Below are positions 9,206-17,586 of a stretch of 64,000 bases of DNA, in pieces; positions within the stretch are counted from its first letter, which is position 1, and each line of letters opens with the position of its first letter. The DNA lies in the NCBI GenBank assembly GCA_964567265.1, contig CAZMLK010000002.1:66996-130995 (forward strand), given 5' to 3'. This DNA is from an uncultured Candidatus Saccharibacteria bacterium (GTDB taxonomy: Bacteria; Patescibacteriota; Minisyncoccia; Phycocordibacterales; UBA12088). The translations under genes were made by a program, and so were the position numbers. Under the pieces are notes generated by a model. The model saw only the letters and a program-made list of their open reading frames with translations, made no database searches and had not been told where the DNA came from.

Positions 9206-9841
9206 CTACCGTGTAAGGAGTTTGTAATACTTCTGTGCTGAGTCTATGAATTCTCTCTCCGCGCTTTCATCGTTGGTGTATTTCTCTTCACCCCAGTATG
9301 TGTGGGATACGAGCTTGCCCTTTTGAAACGTGAAGGCGCCAGAGTAAACGGGTTTAGTCTGGGTGTAATCGGGAGAACCGTCATTCGAAGTGAAATAGTT
9401 CTCGACACCTGCATGAACAAAAATAATTTCTGATTTATTAAAATAATAAACTTCTGTAATGATCTCATATGACAGACCTACCTTAACTACAATCCTTCTA
9501 AGCTCATTGTCAACAAAATATCCTGTTAGATCCCCTCCACCATCGGTGGGGTATCCCAAAAATTCGTCCTGCGATAATGTTTTGGAAGTGTAGTTTTTTC
9601 TCGAATCTATTTCCCAATCAATCTGACGAACGTCGTTCGCAACCTCCTGATCAACGATGGGGTTCGGCGACTGGTATGTAGACACCTCAACAACTTTCGA
9701 ATAGTCGGAAAAAAACGCAACGTAAATACCGAGAGCGGCCACGAGGGCAAAAATCACTGCCAATCCTTTGTTGGGCATTAACGCCCAAAAATGGTTCCGA
9801 CGAGTGGTATCACCCCAAACTTTTTTAGAATTTCTAAACAT
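9206..9841 (-). CDS. hypothetical membrane-anchored protein
   Basis: 211 aa, N-terminal hydrophobic segment GLAVIFALVAALGIYVAFF; region visibly lower GC than surroundings. Confidence 0.5.
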   Translation of the reverse strand: MFRNSKKVWGDTTRRNHFWALMPNKGLAVIFALVAALGIYVAFFSDYSKVVEVSTYQSPNPIVDQEVANDVRQIDWEIDSRKNYTSKTLSQDEFLGYPTDGGGDLTGYFVDNELRRIVVKVGLSYEIITEVYYFNKSEIIFVHAGVENYFTSNDGSPDYTQTKPVYSGAFTFQKGKLVSHTYWGEEKYTNDESAEREFIDSAQKYYKLLTR

Positions 9842-9983
9842 GTGGCGTTTGAAAATGATTTCTTACTTTTTTGTAGATATCATGACTGTATGAACGACTG
9901 CGTGCAAGGATTCGGTCACCAGTCACTAACCATTTTGCTCCAAGTATTCGCAAAATGCTAAGTGCTCGCAACCTCGCCTCAAG

Positions 9984-10126
9984 CGGGCTTCGAAGCTTAC
10001 AGCTTCAGTACACCTTGGGGATTTTTTAGGCGAACGAGTTCGCAAAAAAAATCTCCCAAGGTCTTCGAATCCCTCACGCATTGTCCCCCGGACAATGCTC
10101 CCTTCCTTCGTTCACTACGTTCACTG
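9984..10126 (-). repeat. tRNA-3'-linked structured element, copy 3 (downstream of tRNA-Ser)
   Basis: hairpin A GCATTGTCC-GGG-GGACAATGC; P1 5' GAGGGATTCGAA = reverse complement of tRNA-Ser T-loop/stem; P2 ACCTTGGG..ATTTTTTTT-GCGAACTCGTTCGC-..AAAAAAT..CCCAAGGT; P3 GAAGC-TGTAA-GCTTC. Confidence 0.6.
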
Positions 10127-10211
10127 CGGAGGGGGAGGGATTCGAACCCTCGGAACCTTGCGGCTCTCCTGTTTTCAAGACAGGTGCACTCGACCACTAT
10201 GCGACCCCTCC
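10127..10211 (-). tRNA. tRNA-Ser (anticodon TGA), type II long variable arm, G73 discriminator, no CCA
   Basis: GGAGGGG-TC-GCA..TGC-ACCTGT-CTTGAAA-ACAGG-long variable arm-GAGGG-TTCGAAT-CCCTC-CCCCTCC-G. Confidence 0.8.
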
Positions 10212-10310
10212 GTGGGGACTGCTGTGAAGACAGACTAACGGACGGAGGCCAAGTGCGCAACCGCTTCCAGCATTCTTGCACTCGCGGAGCCGATGCTATA
10301 GTAGGAGCAC

Positions 10311-10805
10311 ATGACCTTCTTCGAGCGGATCCAGCAGCGCGTGTGGCGATTCCTCTATCCCGTCTTCCCCTTCCTCGAGCATCATCTCCTCTTCCTCCAT
10401 TCGAAGAAGCGGCAGCAGTACCACATCGGTTGGCTCGCGAAGGGTCAGACTTTGGCCGGCCTCAAGGTCCATCTCTCCAAGGAGTGGGGCTTCGGCAACC
10501 ACTTCGTCGCCTGGGAGGATCCGGATCAGGTCTTGTCCTGGCGGAAACTCGAGAGCTTCGAGGAGCAGTACCATCTCCGCGTGTTCAATGACGGCGAGAT
10601 CCGCGGCCACTATGAGCGCACGCCCGAAGCCTCTCCGCTCGACCACCTCACCGAGACCGGCATGGAGCCGCGCGTCGACATGTTCTATAAATATCTTGGC
10701 CCCTTCCTCACGACCACCACCTATATCTCCAAGGTCGAGCCGGATACTTCCGTCCCAACACCGGACGCCGAAGTGACGTTCGACGGAACGAAGGCGGACG
10801 CATAG
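10311..10805 (+). CDS. hypothetical protein
   Basis: 164 aa ORF, no recognisable motifs. Confidence 0.4.
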   Translation: MTFFERIQQRVWRFLYPVFPFLEHHLLFLHSKKRQQYHIGWLAKGQTLAGLKVHLSKEWGFGNHFVAWEDPDQVLSWRKLESFEEQYHLRVFNDGEIRGHYERTPEASPLDHLTETGMEPRVDMFYKYLGPFLTTTTYISKVEPDTSVPTPDAEVTFDGTKADA

Positions 10806-10864
10806 GCACGCTTCGGTGTGGATGAAAAGCGCGCGTGGCGGCAGCGCACGCGTGGTAGACTATT

Positions 10865-11368
10865 TTGCATATGGCCGAGGTCCCGAATACCACGAAGCTT
10901 CCTGCATTCATGTGGCAAGCGCACGAGCATGAGTTCCACGAGCGGAGCCATGACTGGTATTGGGCGGTCGGTATCGTCGCGGTCTCGAGCGCGCTCGCGG
11001 CAGCCATCCTCGGGAACATCCTCTTCGGCCTCCTCATCATCATGGCGGCATTCATCCTCGCCCTCCGCGCGTCGAAGCAGCCGGACATGGTCTCGGTCGA
11101 GCTCAGCGAGCGCGGCATCCGGATCGACAAGACCCTGTATCCGTACCGCACGCTCGAGTCATTCTATGTGACGCACCCGGAGCCGGGCACCCGCATGGAG
11201 CCGAAACTCCTGGTGCAATCGAAGAAGCCCTTGGTTCCCCTCCTCATCGTCCCCTTCGCGTCCGACATCCATCCGGACATGATCCACGACTACCTCATCA
11301 AATACATCCCCGAAGAGGAGCACCGTGAGCCCTTGTCGCACCACCTCCTCGAGATGGTGGGCCTATAG
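10865..11368 (+). CDS. hypothetical membrane protein
   Basis: 167 aa ORF with two hydrophobic helices (WAVGIVAVSSALAAAILGNILFGLLIIMAAFILAL). Confidence 0.45.
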   Translation: MHMAEVPNTTKLPAFMWQAHEHEFHERSHDWYWAVGIVAVSSALAAAILGNILFGLLIIMAAFILALRASKQPDMVSVELSERGIRIDKTLYPYRTLESFYVTHPEPGTRMEPKLLVQSKKPLVPLLIVPFASDIHPDMIHDYLIKYIPEEEHREPLSHHLLEMVGL

Positions 11369-11483
11369 CAGGGAGTAGATTTTTGGCCAAAATCATTGCA
11401 CAGCTGGAAAAAGCTGCCCTTTCCTGCTACAGTGCGCTCTATAGATTTGTCACTTCGGGTATCCCATTTGGCTTTTTCTATAT

Positions 11484-11555
11484 GCTCTCGTAGTTCAATG
11501 GATAGAACGCGAGCTTGCGGAGCTCGTAATGTAGGTTCGATTCCTACCGGGAGCA
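11484..11555 (+). tRNA. tRNA-Arg (anticodon GCG as read), no CCA
   Basis: GCTCTCG-TA-GTTC-AATGGATA-GAAC-G-CGAGC-TTGCGGA-GCTCG-TAAT-GTAGG-TTCGATT-CCTAC-CGGGAGC-A. Confidence 0.75.
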
Positions 11556-11703
11556 CAAGTGAACGTAGTGAACGCCGGCCTCCCGGAGAAAGCGCCAGTG
11601 GCGCTTTCGGTAGGAATCGAAGACCTTTTCGAGGCTTGTGAGGAGCTCTGCTCCGAACAAACCGAAAAGGTGTACTGGTCCTGTAAGGACCGCGTTTCCT
11701 GAC
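11556..11703 (+). repeat. tRNA-3'-linked structured element, copy 5 (downstream of tRNA-Arg-GCG)
   Basis: shares GTGAACGTAGTGAACG direct repeat with copy 3; hairpin GAAAGCGCC-AGT-GGCGCTTTC; P1 5' GGTAGGAATCGAA = reverse complement of this tRNA's T-arm; P2 CCTTTTCG...CGAAAAGG; GTGTACT; P3 GGTCC-TGTAA-GGACC. Confidence 0.6.
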
Positions 11704-11709
11704 GTGAAG

Positions 11710-11750
11710 AAACGAAAACCCCCGGACTAACAGTCCGGGGGTTTTCGTTT
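11710..11750. terminator. perfect palindromic bidirectional terminator
   Basis: AAACGAAAACCCCCGGACT-AAC-AGTCCGGGGGTTTTCGTTT. Confidence 0.6.
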
Positions 11751-11831
11751 GGGGCTCCCCCTTGCCCCCCTCCCCAAGAACCTGTATGGTACAACCCAGG
11801 TTATTCATTCTGTCAACAGGAGTCAAAACGC

Positions 11832-12551
11832 ATGCAAGCAATCATCTTGGCAGCCGGCAAAGGGACACGGATGCGCCCCCTCACAAACGACATGCCGAAG
11901 CCTCTTATCGAGGTCAGTGGCACTCCCCTCTTGTCGCATATCCTCGACCAGCTCCCGCCCGCGATCACCGAGATCATTCTCGTCATCGATTACCTGGGCG
12001 AGATGATCGGCCACGAATACGGCTTCGAGTTCAAAGGGAAGCCCATCACGTATGTGTGGCAAATACCAAGCGGCAGCGGTACCTTTGGTGCCCTCAAAGC
12101 AGTAAAGGAACAGCTCGGCACAAAGCTCGACAGGAGGGTCCTCATCCTGAATGCGGACGATCTCCCCTGCGAACCGGATCTGAAGGCGCTGCTCAAGCAT
12201 CGTCTCGGCGTACTCGCGACGCCGCACAAGAACCCCGGCCAGTTTGGCGTCATCTCGCACGATGATCAGATGCGACTGATCGCAATCGATGAGCAGCCTG
12301 CCGAGCCGAAGAGCAATCTCGTGAACACGGGCATCTACGTCCTCATGACCGATGTGCTCGATCTCGAACAGTATGCGACCAGGCGAGGTGATGAACTCCT
12401 GCTCACGCCGGCCGTCACCGAACTTGCACAGCGGCACATCATCCACGTCGTTCCTGCAACGTTCTGGATTCCTGTCGGAACCCCGGAGGCCATTCTGGTT
12501 GCGGAAGCGGCTCTCAGAGAACATCCCGACTACGCGTACAGTCCAGAGTAG
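11832..12551 (+). CDS. sugar-1-phosphate nucleotidylyltransferase (NTP_transferase family)
   Basis: 239 aa; AIILAAGKGTRMRPLT canonical N-terminal motif of sugar nucleotidyltransferases. Confidence 0.8.
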   Translation: MQAIILAAGKGTRMRPLTNDMPKPLIEVSGTPLLSHILDQLPPAITEIILVIDYLGEMIGHEYGFEFKGKPITYVWQIPSGSGTFGALKAVKEQLGTKLDRRVLILNADDLPCEPDLKALLKHRLGVLATPHKNPGQFGVISHDDQMRLIAIDEQPAEPKSNLVNTGIYVLMTDVLDLEQYATRRGDELLLTPAVTELAQRHIIHVVPATFWIPVGTPEAILVAEAALREHPDYAYSPE

Positions 12552-12576
12552 GGACAGATTGAATCGAAACGAAAAA

Positions 12577-12615
12577 CCCCCGCGGCCACTTGTGGCCGCG
12601 GGGGATCTTCTTTTC
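12577..12615 (+). terminator. rho-independent terminator
   Basis: CCCCCGCGGCCAC-TT-GTGGCCGCGGGGG followed by ATCTTCTTTTC. Confidence 0.6.
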
Positions 12616-12630
12616 TAAACGCTATTCAAA

Positions 12631-12888
12631 TTACTTCTTGAGCATTGCGGCGAGGCGGGCCTTCTTGCGGGAAGCGGTGTTTGCTTTGATCAAACCTCCC
12701 TTCTTCGCCTTGTCGATGGCCTTGTAGGCCGCTCCGAGGACGGCAGCTGCCTCATCCTTCTTGCCTGCGAGTGCAAGCTTCTTGAACCCCTTGGTTGCGT
12801 CCTCAAGAGTGCTCTTGCGGCGCAAATTCACCACACGCTTCCTTGCGGAAACGCGGAGCGCTTTCTTTGCTGATGACGTGATTGGCAT
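12631..12888 (-). CDS. rpsT: 30S ribosomal protein S20
   Basis: 85-aa product from MPITSSAKKALRVSARKRVVNLRRKS...; basic, S20-like; longer 141-aa ORF rejected. Confidence 0.8.
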   Translation of the reverse strand: MPITSSAKKALRVSARKRVVNLRRKSTLEDATKGFKKLALAGKKDEAAAVLGAAYKAIDKAKKGGLIKANTASRKKARLAAMLKK

Positions 12889-13003
12889 GGCGAGCATAGT
12901 ACCACAGCATTCCAGAGAATGCCAATTCCGGGCCGTATTTCCATAAAAGTACCTGGCCGGCACCCGGCTCGCCGAAGCATCGGCTTCCGCGTATGATGAA
13001 GGC

Positions 13004-13570
13004 ATGATTGCAGAACTCAGGGGCACGGTCTCATCCATCCAGAAAGGCTCCCTCATCCTCGATGTGGCCGGTGTGGGCTACAAAGTGTACATGACGGAAG
13101 GGTCGCTCCTCACGCTCGCCGAGGGCGCGCCCGCAAAACTCGCCATCTATACGGTTGTGCGCGAGACCGCACTCGAACTCTTCGGCTTCGAGTCGCGTGC
13201 GGCGCAAAATCTCTTCGAGCTCCTGCTCGAAGTCCCCGGCATCGGACCGCGCTCTGCGCTCGGCATTCTCTCCTTGGCCGATGTACGCACCCTCGAAGGT
13301 GCGATTGCATCCGGCAACGCCGCCTACCTCACCCGCGTCTCAGGAATCGGCAAGAAGAGTGCCGAGAAGATCGTGATCACACTCCAGGACAAAATCCAGA
13401 AGCAGGACGGCATGGACGGCGCGTCCGAAGAGGGTGATGCGCTCGAAGCCCTTCATGCGCTCGGATACTCTCCGAAGGAGGCGCGCGAGGCCCTCCAGAA
13501 TGTGCCCCGCGATGTCACCGACGCGGGCGCGCGCATCCGCGAAGCGCTCAAGATACTCGGCCGTACCTAA
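13004..13570 (+). CDS. ruvA: Holliday junction DNA helicase subunit RuvA
   Basis: 188 aa; MIAELRGTV...LDVAGVGYKV... and helix-hairpin-helix region LLEVPGIGPRSALGIL. Confidence 0.85.
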   Translation: MIAELRGTVSSIQKGSLILDVAGVGYKVYMTEGSLLTLAEGAPAKLAIYTVVRETALELFGFESRAAQNLFELLLEVPGIGPRSALGILSLADVRTLEGAIASGNAAYLTRVSGIGKKSAEKIVITLQDKIQKQDGMDGASEEGDALEALHALGYSPKEAREALQNVPRDVTDAGARIREALKILGRT

Positions 13571-13582
13571 GTTCCACGAACC

Positions 13583-14860
13583 ATGGACACCATCCTCAGA
13601 AAAATCAAACACCTCATCCCGAAGAGCATCTTCCGCTCGGTCCAGCCCTTTTATCACCAGTCGCTCGCGCTCATAAGCGCGGTTTGGTACGCGTTCCCCT
13701 CGAACAAGATCAAGGTCATCGGGGTCACCGGCACCAAGGGCAAGTCGACAACCGTGGAGCTCATCCGTTCCATCCTCGACGAGGCCGGCTTCATGACCGC
13801 ATCCTCCGGCACCATCCGCTTCACGATCGGGGACACCGAACGCAGGAATCTCTACAAGATGTCGATGCCGGGGCGCTTCTTCATGCAGAAATTCCTCTCG
13901 GAGGCGTATGATGCCGGCTGCCAGTACGCGGTCATCGAGATGACCTCTGAGGGCGCGAAGCTCTCCCGCCACAAGCACATCACGCTTGATGCGCTCATCT
14001 TCACCAACATCTCGCCCGAGCACATCGAGTCCCATGGCTCGTTCGAGAAGTATCTCGCCGCGAAGCTCCTCCTCCGCGATTCGCTTGAGGAGTCGGAGAA
14101 ATCACCGAAGTGGATCGTCGCGAATCGGGATGATGCGCATGGCGCCGAATTCCTCGACGTCAAAAGCGCAACCAAGGTCCCCTATTCCCTGAAGGATGCC
14201 GAGCCGTACGCTCTCAATGACCGGGGCATCCTCTTCACCTTCGAAGGCGTCAGCATCCACTCGCCACTGCTTGGTCTTTTCAATCTCTACAATCTGCTCG
14301 CGGCAGCGAGCTTCGCGCGGACGCAAGGCATCTCCGTCGAGGTCATCAAGCGCGCGCTTGAGAAGACATCACTTATCCGCGGCCGCGTCGAGAAGATCGA
14401 GGCCGGGCAGAAATTCACGGCGGTCGTCGACTACGCGCATACGCCTGACTCTTTGGAAAAACTGTACCAGGCATTCCCGGGCAAGAATCTGATCTGCGTG
14501 CTCGGCAACACCGGCGGCGGCCGTGACACCTGGAAGCGTCCTGAGATGGCGAGAATCGCAGAGAAGTACTGCGAGACCGTCATCCTCACGAATGAAGACC
14601 CGTATGACGAGGATCCGGAATCTATCCTTCTTGAAATGTCGCGAGGCATGGAAACGAAGCAGCCACGCATCATCCTCGACCGCCGCGAGGCGATCCGGAC
14701 CGCGCTTTCGCTCGCGGACGACCGGGACGTGGTCCTCATCTCAGGCAAAGGCACCGACCCTTTCATCATGGGACCCGAGGGATCGAAGACGCCGTGGAGC
14801 GATGCAACGGTCGTCCGCGAAGAGTTGGAGGCGCTAGGGAGCGCACAGGCCGAACGGTAG
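13583..14860 (+). CDS. Mur ligase family protein (MurE/MurF-like peptidoglycan precursor ligase)
   Basis: 425 aa; ATP-binding loop IGVTGTKGKSTT, central and C-terminal Mur ligase domains. Confidence 0.75.
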   Translation: MDTILRKIKHLIPKSIFRSVQPFYHQSLALISAVWYAFPSNKIKVIGVTGTKGKSTTVELIRSILDEAGFMTASSGTIRFTIGDTERRNLYKMSMPGRFFMQKFLSEAYDAGCQYAVIEMTSEGAKLSRHKHITLDALIFTNISPEHIESHGSFEKYLAAKLLLRDSLEESEKSPKWIVANRDDAHGAEFLDVKSATKVPYSLKDAEPYALNDRGILFTFEGVSIHSPLLGLFNLYNLLAAASFARTQGISVEVIKRALEKTSLIRGRVEKIEAGQKFTAVVDYAHTPDSLEKLYQAFPGKNLICVLGNTGGGRDTWKRPEMARIAEKYCETVILTNEDPYDEDPESILLEMSRGMETKQPRIILDRREAIRTALSLADDRDVVLISGKGTDPFIMGPEGSKTPWSDATVVREELEALGSAQAER

Positions 14861-14895
14861 AGACGCGTACGGTATAAAATAATCGCGCGTCCGTA

Positions 14896-15384
14896 CTACC
14901 GTCCCAGCATGCGGAAGAGCGCGATGCCGCCCGCAACCGAGACATTGAGTGATTCCTTCTTGCCGCTCATCGGGATCGAAGCGACGTGATCCGAGAGCGC
15001 AAGGAGCGCCTCCGGCACGCCGATGACCTCGTTCCCGAGCACGAACGCGACTGCACCCTCCGGAGCAAGGGTTTTATAGTCAACGGCGCTTGGCGATTGC
15101 TCGATCGCGATGATCTCGACACCGCGCGATTTCAAATCAATGAGAAGGACGGCGACACCTTCTACCGCTTCCCACGGAACCATATCTTCCGCACCAAGGG
15201 CCGCCTTCGCGACGTCTTTCCGTTTCCGGCCGAAGCGATCCAGAGGCTGCGGCGAATACCCCGTGAGATAGAGCTTCGTGATTCCTGCCGCGTCCGCCGT
15301 ACGGAACAAGGCGCCGACGTTCTCGGCGCTCCGGATATCGTGGAGGATGAGGATGGCTTCGCGGCTGCCGGTCTCTTTTTTCAC
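14896..15384 (-). CDS. SpoU/TrmH-family RNA 2'-O-methyltransferase
   Basis: 162 aa; LHDIRSAENVGALFRTADAAG and ...ESLNVSVAGGIALF SPOUT motifs. Confidence 0.8.
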   Translation of the reverse strand: MKKETGSREAILILHDIRSAENVGALFRTADAAGITKLYLTGYSPQPLDRFGRKRKDVAKAALGAEDMVPWEAVEGVAVLLIDLKSRGVEIIAIEQSPSAVDYKTLAPEGAVAFVLGNEVIGVPEALLALSDHVASIPMSGKKESLNVSVAGGIALFRMLGR

Positions 15385-15450
15385 TTCGCCATGCTATCAC
15401 AAGCCTGTCCCTATTGGTTCAGGGACAGAGCCGCTGATATACTGAGCGCC

Positions 15451-15843
15451 ATGTTCAACCCATTCCCGTCCTTGCTCGCGCTCGGTCTCTTCGGTCCATT
15501 CATGCTCCGGATCGCAGCAGGAGCGGTCATACTCCTCTTCGCATTCCGCGTCTGGAAAAGCATGCGCCGGCATCCCAAAGCAGGCGAGGCCTCGCGTACC
15601 AGCGTCTTTCACTGGTACCTCCTCGCCGTCGAGGCATGCATCGGCATCTCTCTCATCTTCGGGTTCCTGACCCAGATCGGCGCGCTCATCGGCATCTACC
15701 TTATCGGACACCTTCTCTACCTCAAGCGGAAGCAGAATCGCGCCGCATCCGAATCGCGCCTTGTATACGGACTTCTACTCATCATCATGCTTTCGCTGCT
15801 CGTCTCCGGCGCGGGCGCGTTCGCCTTCGATCTGCCGCTCTAG
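15451..15843 (+). CDS. hypothetical polytopic membrane protein
   Basis: start chosen at MFNPFPSLLALGLF (ATG 15451) to avoid overlap with convergent SpoU gene; about four hydrophobic helices. Confidence 0.5.
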   Translation: MFNPFPSLLALGLFGPFMLRIAAGAVILLFAFRVWKSMRRHPKAGEASRTSVFHWYLLAVEACIGISLIFGFLTQIGALIGIYLIGHLLYLKRKQNRAASESRLVYGLLLIIMLSLLVSGAGAFAFDLPL

Positions 15844-15931
15844 CCACGACCCTCTCCATCTCCGAAATGTTGTGTTATATTGGCCCCACGTGGCCGTTTC
15901 TTTCGTGGCCAGAAGCATCAAAAAAACATAT

Positions 15932-16004
15932 CCGCCCATAGCTCAGTCGGTAGAGCGGCTCCCTTTTAAGGAGATGGTCGCAGGTTCGAGTCCTGCTGGG
16001 CGGA
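15932..16004 (+). tRNA. tRNA-Lys (anticodon TTT), C1-G72 first pair, no CCA
   Basis: CCGCCCA-TA-GCTC-AGTCGGTA-GAGC-G-GCTCC-CTTTTAA-GGAGA-TGGTC-GCAGG-TTCGAGT-CCTGC-TGGGCGG-A. Confidence 0.8.
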
Positions 16005-16152
16005 CAAAAATTGCGAAGCATTTTTGGCCGCCCAGAGCATTGTCCGGGGGACAATGCGTCAGGACTCGAAAACCTTGTGAGATTTTTTAGCGAATGTGTT
16101 CGCATAAAAAATCCGCAAGGTGTACTGAAGCCGTAAGCTTCGAGACCTTGGG
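16005..16152 (+). repeat. tRNA-3'-linked structured element, copy 4 (downstream of tRNA-Lys)
   Basis: hairpin A GCATTGTCC-GGG-GGACAATGC; P1 5' CAGGACTCGAA = reverse complement of tRNA-Lys T-arm; P2 ACCTTGTG..ATTTTTTA-GCGAATGTGTTCGC-ATAAAAAAT..CGCAAGGT; GTGTACT; P3 GAAGC-CGTAA-GCTTC; P1 3' GAGACCT. Confidence 0.6.
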
Positions 16153-16174
16153 TCAAAGGACTTGTGCCCGACCC

Positions 16175-16213
16175 CATATAAAAAACATCGGGGCGGTTCA
16201 AACGAACCGCCCC
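16175..16213 (-). terminator. rho-independent terminator for the minus-strand gene ending at 16222
   Basis: GGGGCGGTTC-AAAC-GAACCGCCCC with T-run on minus strand (rc of CATATAAAAAACATC). Confidence 0.55.
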
Positions 16214-16221
16214 GTCCTGCT

Positions 16222-16584
16222 TCAGCTTCCCGCCTTCCTCCAAATAACGTCATCCTCCTTCACGACATGCGGGACGTCGTGTGTTCCCCGGCTGCCGGCA
16301 TTTTTCTGATGGATGATGACATCGACCAGCCCATCGGCAGGTTTATACGTCGGTTCTGCAGGACCTAAATTGTCCTTGGGGTGCCGCGCGATAGTGTGGT
16401 CGGCCTGTCGTTCGGTCACGCCTGTGCCCTGAGGAAATATCCTTCCCACACCCCGAATCTCTTTTCCCAGGACTCCGGTCCGCGGGTCGGGCACCCTCGG
16501 CTTGTCATCGTCCCCAGCCATGCTGCCACCAGCGCTTTTCGTTGCCGGCTTGGCGCCATTGCCGCTCATCGAGTGATATGTCAT
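16222..16584 (-). CDS. hypothetical Gly-rich hydrophilic protein
   Basis: ORF 16222..16689; start trimmed to MTYHSMSGNG to avoid overlap with holA-like gene; no recognised motif. Confidence 0.35.
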   Translation of the reverse strand: MTYHSMSGNGAKPATKSAGGSMAGDDDKPRVPDPRTGVLGKEIRGVGRIFPQGTGVTERQADHTIARHPKDNLGPAEPTYKPADGLVDVIIHQKNAGSRGTHDVPHVVKEDDVIWRKAGS

Positions 16585-16651
16585 CGATACATCCTCCGTA
16601 CACGTTGTTACTGCCACAATCAAACCATGACCGGCGTAAAACGCAACGGGG

Positions 16652-17359
16652 TCACACCCCGAGCACGAAGCGCTCCAGCTCTGTTTCAAAATCAGCCTGA
16701 CCGCGCCGCGCGCGGTGGTAGAGCGTGAGGAGATCGGTCAGAAGGCCCTTGATCTCCTTTTCGGAATATTTCCGGACAAAGCTCTGAGACTTCGAATACA
16801 CGAACGGCTTCAATCCCGCCTCATTGGCATTCTTGGAATGCGCAGCCAGCCACATCGTCTTTACCTGCCAAAAAAGCGTCCCGTGGAGCTCCTCAGGAGC
16901 TGACCCCTTCATGAGCGCTTTCTGATAGAGGACCCACAACGTCTTCCGATCACGCGCACCGAGCGCGTCCGAGAGCGCGAAGCTGGGCATCTCTCTTCCT
17001 TTCTTCTCAAGCGAGCATTCCCACACCTTGGCAGCCTTTTTCAAGATCGGCGCAGCCTCTGCGCCAAGTACTGATTCCTTCAGCAGGAACACATTTTCAG
17101 ATTCCGCGACATCGGAGAGCCGATCGAGGAAGGCCGCAAGCACAGCCTCGTCTGACAGTACTTCTTCGAGCACGATGATGAGCTTCCGCTCGAAGAGCCC
17201 CTGCCCAGCAGTGCATTCATCCAGAAACTCGGGGGAAATCTCGTCCTTTTGCGGACGGATCACGGACGCGTCTGGCTTTTTCTCGCGGAGTCCATCCAGC
17301 AAGGATCCGAGCTTTGGACCGGTCTTCGATGCGTCATTCCCATGGACCACATAGAGCAT
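16652..17359 (-). CDS. DNA polymerase III delta subunit-like (HolA family)
   Basis: 235 aa; overall HolA-like arrangement, LLTDLLTLYHRARRG resembles delta C-terminal region. Confidence 0.55.
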   Translation of the reverse strand: MLYVVHGNDASKTGPKLGSLLDGLREKKPDASVIRPQKDEISPEFLDECTAGQGLFERKLIIVLEEVLSDEAVLAAFLDRLSDVAESENVFLLKESVLGAEAAPILKKAAKVWECSLEKKGREMPSFALSDALGARDRKTLWVLYQKALMKGSAPEELHGTLFWQVKTMWLAAHSKNANEAGLKPFVYSKSQSFVRKYSEKEIKGLLTDLLTLYHRARRGQADFETELERFVLGV

Positions 17360-17586
17360 GGGGACATTCTAACAGAAGCGCGGGCGGTCGTGAGACCGCC
17401 CGCGTGGCGCTACCCTGTTTACCCGGGGATATCAGGCGGGATGCTGCCAGATATCTTTCGAAGAAGCACCTTACGGAAGCAGATCACCAACGCAATGACC
17501 AGAATGATGCCGAGACCAATGTACAGCATTTCGTATCTCCACGAGCACGAGGCCGATACAGTAATGCCACCGATCCGATTTCCCGT

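Noticed and set aside
12631-13056. 141-aa extended form of the S20 ORF
   Set aside because: The N-terminal 56 aa are non-homologous. The S20 core starts at internal MPITSSAKK, and the extension would overlap the divergent ruvA promoter region.
3625-16152. tRNA-linked element as a hammerhead-type self-cleaving ribozyme (three helices around a junction)
   Set aside because: The hammerhead core CUGANGA / GAAA is not conserved: ACUGAAGC in three copies but ACUGGUCC in two. The junction strands GA and GUGUACU do not match hammerhead, twister or pistol cores that I can recall.
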